Source: an uncultured Pseudomonadota bacterium
GTDB taxonomy: Bacteria; Pseudomonadota; Gammaproteobacteria; Natronospirales; REEB76
Assembly (NCBI GenBank): GCA_963817285.1
Contig: CAWFOE010000008.1
Span: 123,577-187,576, forward strand
Direction of reading: 5' to 3'
Length of the DNA stretch: 64,000 bases
Under the pieces are notes generated by a model that was given only the letters and a program-made list of their open reading frames with translations, had not been told where the DNA came from and ran no database searches. Below, piece by piece: positions 62,232 through 64,000 of the stretch; position 1 is the first letter of the stretch; every line of letters starts with the position of its first letter. Made by a program: the position numbers and the translations under genes.

Positions 62232-63992
62232 TCATTCGGCCCTGAAGAACATCGCACCGGTACGCAGGATCTCCTCGATGCGCGCAGCGGGTTGCGGATG
62301 GGCGAAGAGGAATCCCTGACCCTGCTCGCACTCCAAGCTCTTAAGAAACTCCCATTGAGCTGCGGTCTCGACCCCTTCAGCGATCACCTGTATGCCCAGG
62401 CTCTTGGCCATGGCGATGATGGCACGCATGATCGCCTGCTGGTGCTCATCGTGGGGTAGGTTGCTGACGAACGCCCGATCCACTTTCAGGTAGTCCACCC
62501 GGTATTGGCGCAGGTAATTCAGGGATGAATAGCCGGTACCGAAATCGTCGATGGCGATCCCCACCCCCATCTCGTGGAAGTGGTCGAACACAGCCCGCGT
62601 CCGTTCCGGATCTTCCATCATGCTGCTCTCGGTGAGCTCCAGCACGAGGCTTCCAGGCAAGAGACCAGTCTCGTCCAGGATGGCCACCAGGCGGTCGAGG
62701 AAATCGGGTTGCCGCAGCTGGCGCGCCGAGATGTTCACTGCCATGTGCATGTCCTGCAGACCTGCGTCCTGCCAGGCACGCATCTGCAGACAGGCGCTCT
62801 TCAGCACCCATTCACCCAACCGCACGATATGCCCCGTCTCCTCCGCCACCGGGATGAAGCGCGAGGGTGGGATCAGGCCGAGCTCAGGGTGCTGCCAGCG
62901 CAAGAGCGCCTCAGCGCCGCTGATGTTACCGCTGTAGAGATCGAAATAAGGCTGGTAATGCAGGAAGAGCTCGCCATGCTCCATGGCTTGGCGTAGGCCT
63001 GTGGCAAGACGCAAGGATTCGCTGGCATCACTCTCCGCCCCCGCGAAGCATTCGATGCTACCTGCACCGCGACGCATGGCCATGTGCATTGCATGGCCCG
63101 CGTGCCGGAAGACCATCTGCGCGTCCTGATCCGGCGGCGCCAGGGCGATGCCGATGCTCGCCGAGAGATACAGGTTCTGCCCGTTCGCCTGTAGCGGAGC
63201 CTCCAGCCCGGCGAGGATGCTCTGGGCCATCTCCAGAGCGTCTTTCTTCGATTCGATGTCGGCGAGTACCACCCCGAACCCGTCACTGCCCAGATGGAAC
63301 GCCTCGCCCCAACCTGCCACCGTCTCTTGCAAGCGGTGCGCCAGCTTGCGCAAGACCTCATCTCCCACGGCGGTACCGAAGGAACTGTTCACCAAGGCGA
63401 AGTTGTCGATATCCAGATACAACAGCGCCATGGGAGTGTTGGAGTGCGAAGCATGATCTACCACCTGTGTGAGGCGGCGCATGAGCATGAAACGATTGGG
63501 CAGGCCGCTCAGGGAATCGTGGCTCGCGAGATAAGCCATGCGGTCTTCATATTTGTGGAGCTGCGTCATGTCCGTGACCACCGCCACGTACTGCACGGGG
63601 CGGCCGTGCCTGTCACGCACCGCGCTCAAGCTCGCTAGCTCAGGGAACATACCGCCGCTGGCACGGCGGTCCTGGAGTTCGCCGCGCCAATGCCCGTCGC
63701 TCGCCACGGTCCGCAATATCTCCTTGCGCAAGGCCGCAGGCATGACCTCCTCCTGCAGGCTGAAAGGCGTCTTGCCGACCATCTCGGCCTGCGTACAGCC
63801 CGTTATGTTCGTATAAGCCCGATTCACGGATATCACACTCAGATCCTGATCCAATATCAGGATGCCTTCTGCGATGTGCTCGAGCGCCTGCGATGCCAAC
63901 AGGAGTTTATCTTCGAGTTCTTTGTCAGCCGGTGCGATGACAGGCTGGATCTGCATGAAACCAAGCAAGAGATGCCGCGCGCCCATCTGCAT
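62232..63992 (-). CDS. PAS / degenerate-GGDEF / EAL protein (probable c-di-GMP phosphodiesterase); the N-terminus may extend past the window end
   Basis: 586-aa ORF. PAS-like 'GILILDQDLSVISVNRAYTNITGCTQAEMVGK'. 'HLGSDGFGVVL' replaces GGDEF. 'EALLRWQHP', 'DDFGTGYSSL', 'AEGVET'. Confidence 0.82.
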   Translation of the reverse strand: MQMGARHLLLGFMQIQPVIAPADKELEDKLLLASQALEHIAEGILILDQDLSVISVNRAYTNITGCTQAEMVGKTPFSLQEEVMPAALRKEILRTVASDGHWRGELQDRRASGGMFPELASLSAVRDRHGRPVQYVAVVTDMTQLHKYEDRMAYLASHDSLSGLPNRFMLMRRLTQVVDHASHSNTPMALLYLDIDNFALVNSSFGTAVGDEVLRKLAHRLQETVAGWGEAFHLGSDGFGVVLADIESKKDALEMAQSILAGLEAPLQANGQNLYLSASIGIALAPPDQDAQMVFRHAGHAMHMAMRRGAGSIECFAGAESDASESLRLATGLRQAMEHGELFLHYQPYFDLYSGNISGAEALLRWQHPELGLIPPSRFIPVAEETGHIVRLGEWVLKSACLQMRAWQDAGLQDMHMAVNISARQLRQPDFLDRLVAILDETGLLPGSLVLELTESSMMEDPERTRAVFDHFHEMGVGIAIDDFGTGYSSLNYLRQYRVDYLKVDRAFVSNLPHDEHQQAIMRAIIAMAKSLGIQVIAEGVETAAQWEFLKSLECEQGQGFLFAHPQPAARIEEILRTGAMFFRAE

Positions 63993-64000
63993 GCGTTCGA

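Overview
64-kb chromosomal segment from a high-GC proteobacterium. Synteny (hda-perM-DUF2066 / purMN-DUF3108, aceE-aceF-lpdA, prfC, proS, metG, nth) looks gammaproteobacterial; I attempt no finer assignment. About 65 protein-coding genes can be supported. By eye I found no rRNA, tRNA, CRISPR array, transposase or integrase. Most of the window is housekeeping: translation factors and aminoacyl-tRNA synthetases, purine/pyrimidine synthesis, pyruvate dehydrogenase, NAD synthesis and DNA repair. The stand-out is an accessory locus at about 26.9-34.2 kb. It holds two tail-to-tail RiPP-like operons, each built on a DUF692 (MbnB-like multinuclear non-heme iron oxidase, MNIO) plus DUF2063 pair with Sec-signal, Cys-rich precursor peptides. 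(A, + strand) has a 6-Cys CKGQxSCK-repeat precursor, DUF692, DUF2063 and a translationally coupled secreted HExxH metallopeptidase. (B, - strand) has two tandem 4-Cys DUF2282 precursors, DUF692, DUF2063 and DoxX. Both match my recollection of the recently described bufferin-type periplasmic metallophore family. The locus also has features I do not recall as canonical: the peptidase, both precursor classes side by side, a divergent second precursor, and an adjacent DsbA-like/repeat-protein operon. A second accessory region (54.9-64.0 kb) contains three GGDEF-EAL genes, two of them tandem paralogues, flanking a lower-GC 620-aa (631-aa ORF) DUF4382-type lipoprotein. Major caveat: many genes, including essential ones (prfC, ilvC, proS, metG, pssA, dcd, rnt, grxD and others), are broken by frame slips clustered in certain stretches. 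Long genes elsewhere (aceE, fadE, the GGDEF-EAL genes) are intact. I read this as local sequence or assembly error rather than true pseudogenisation. Several long ORFs in the supplied track are therefore chimeric read-throughs. All frame-slip positions are approximate and were worked out by hand. The ORF track also uses GTG/TTG starts shown as M.
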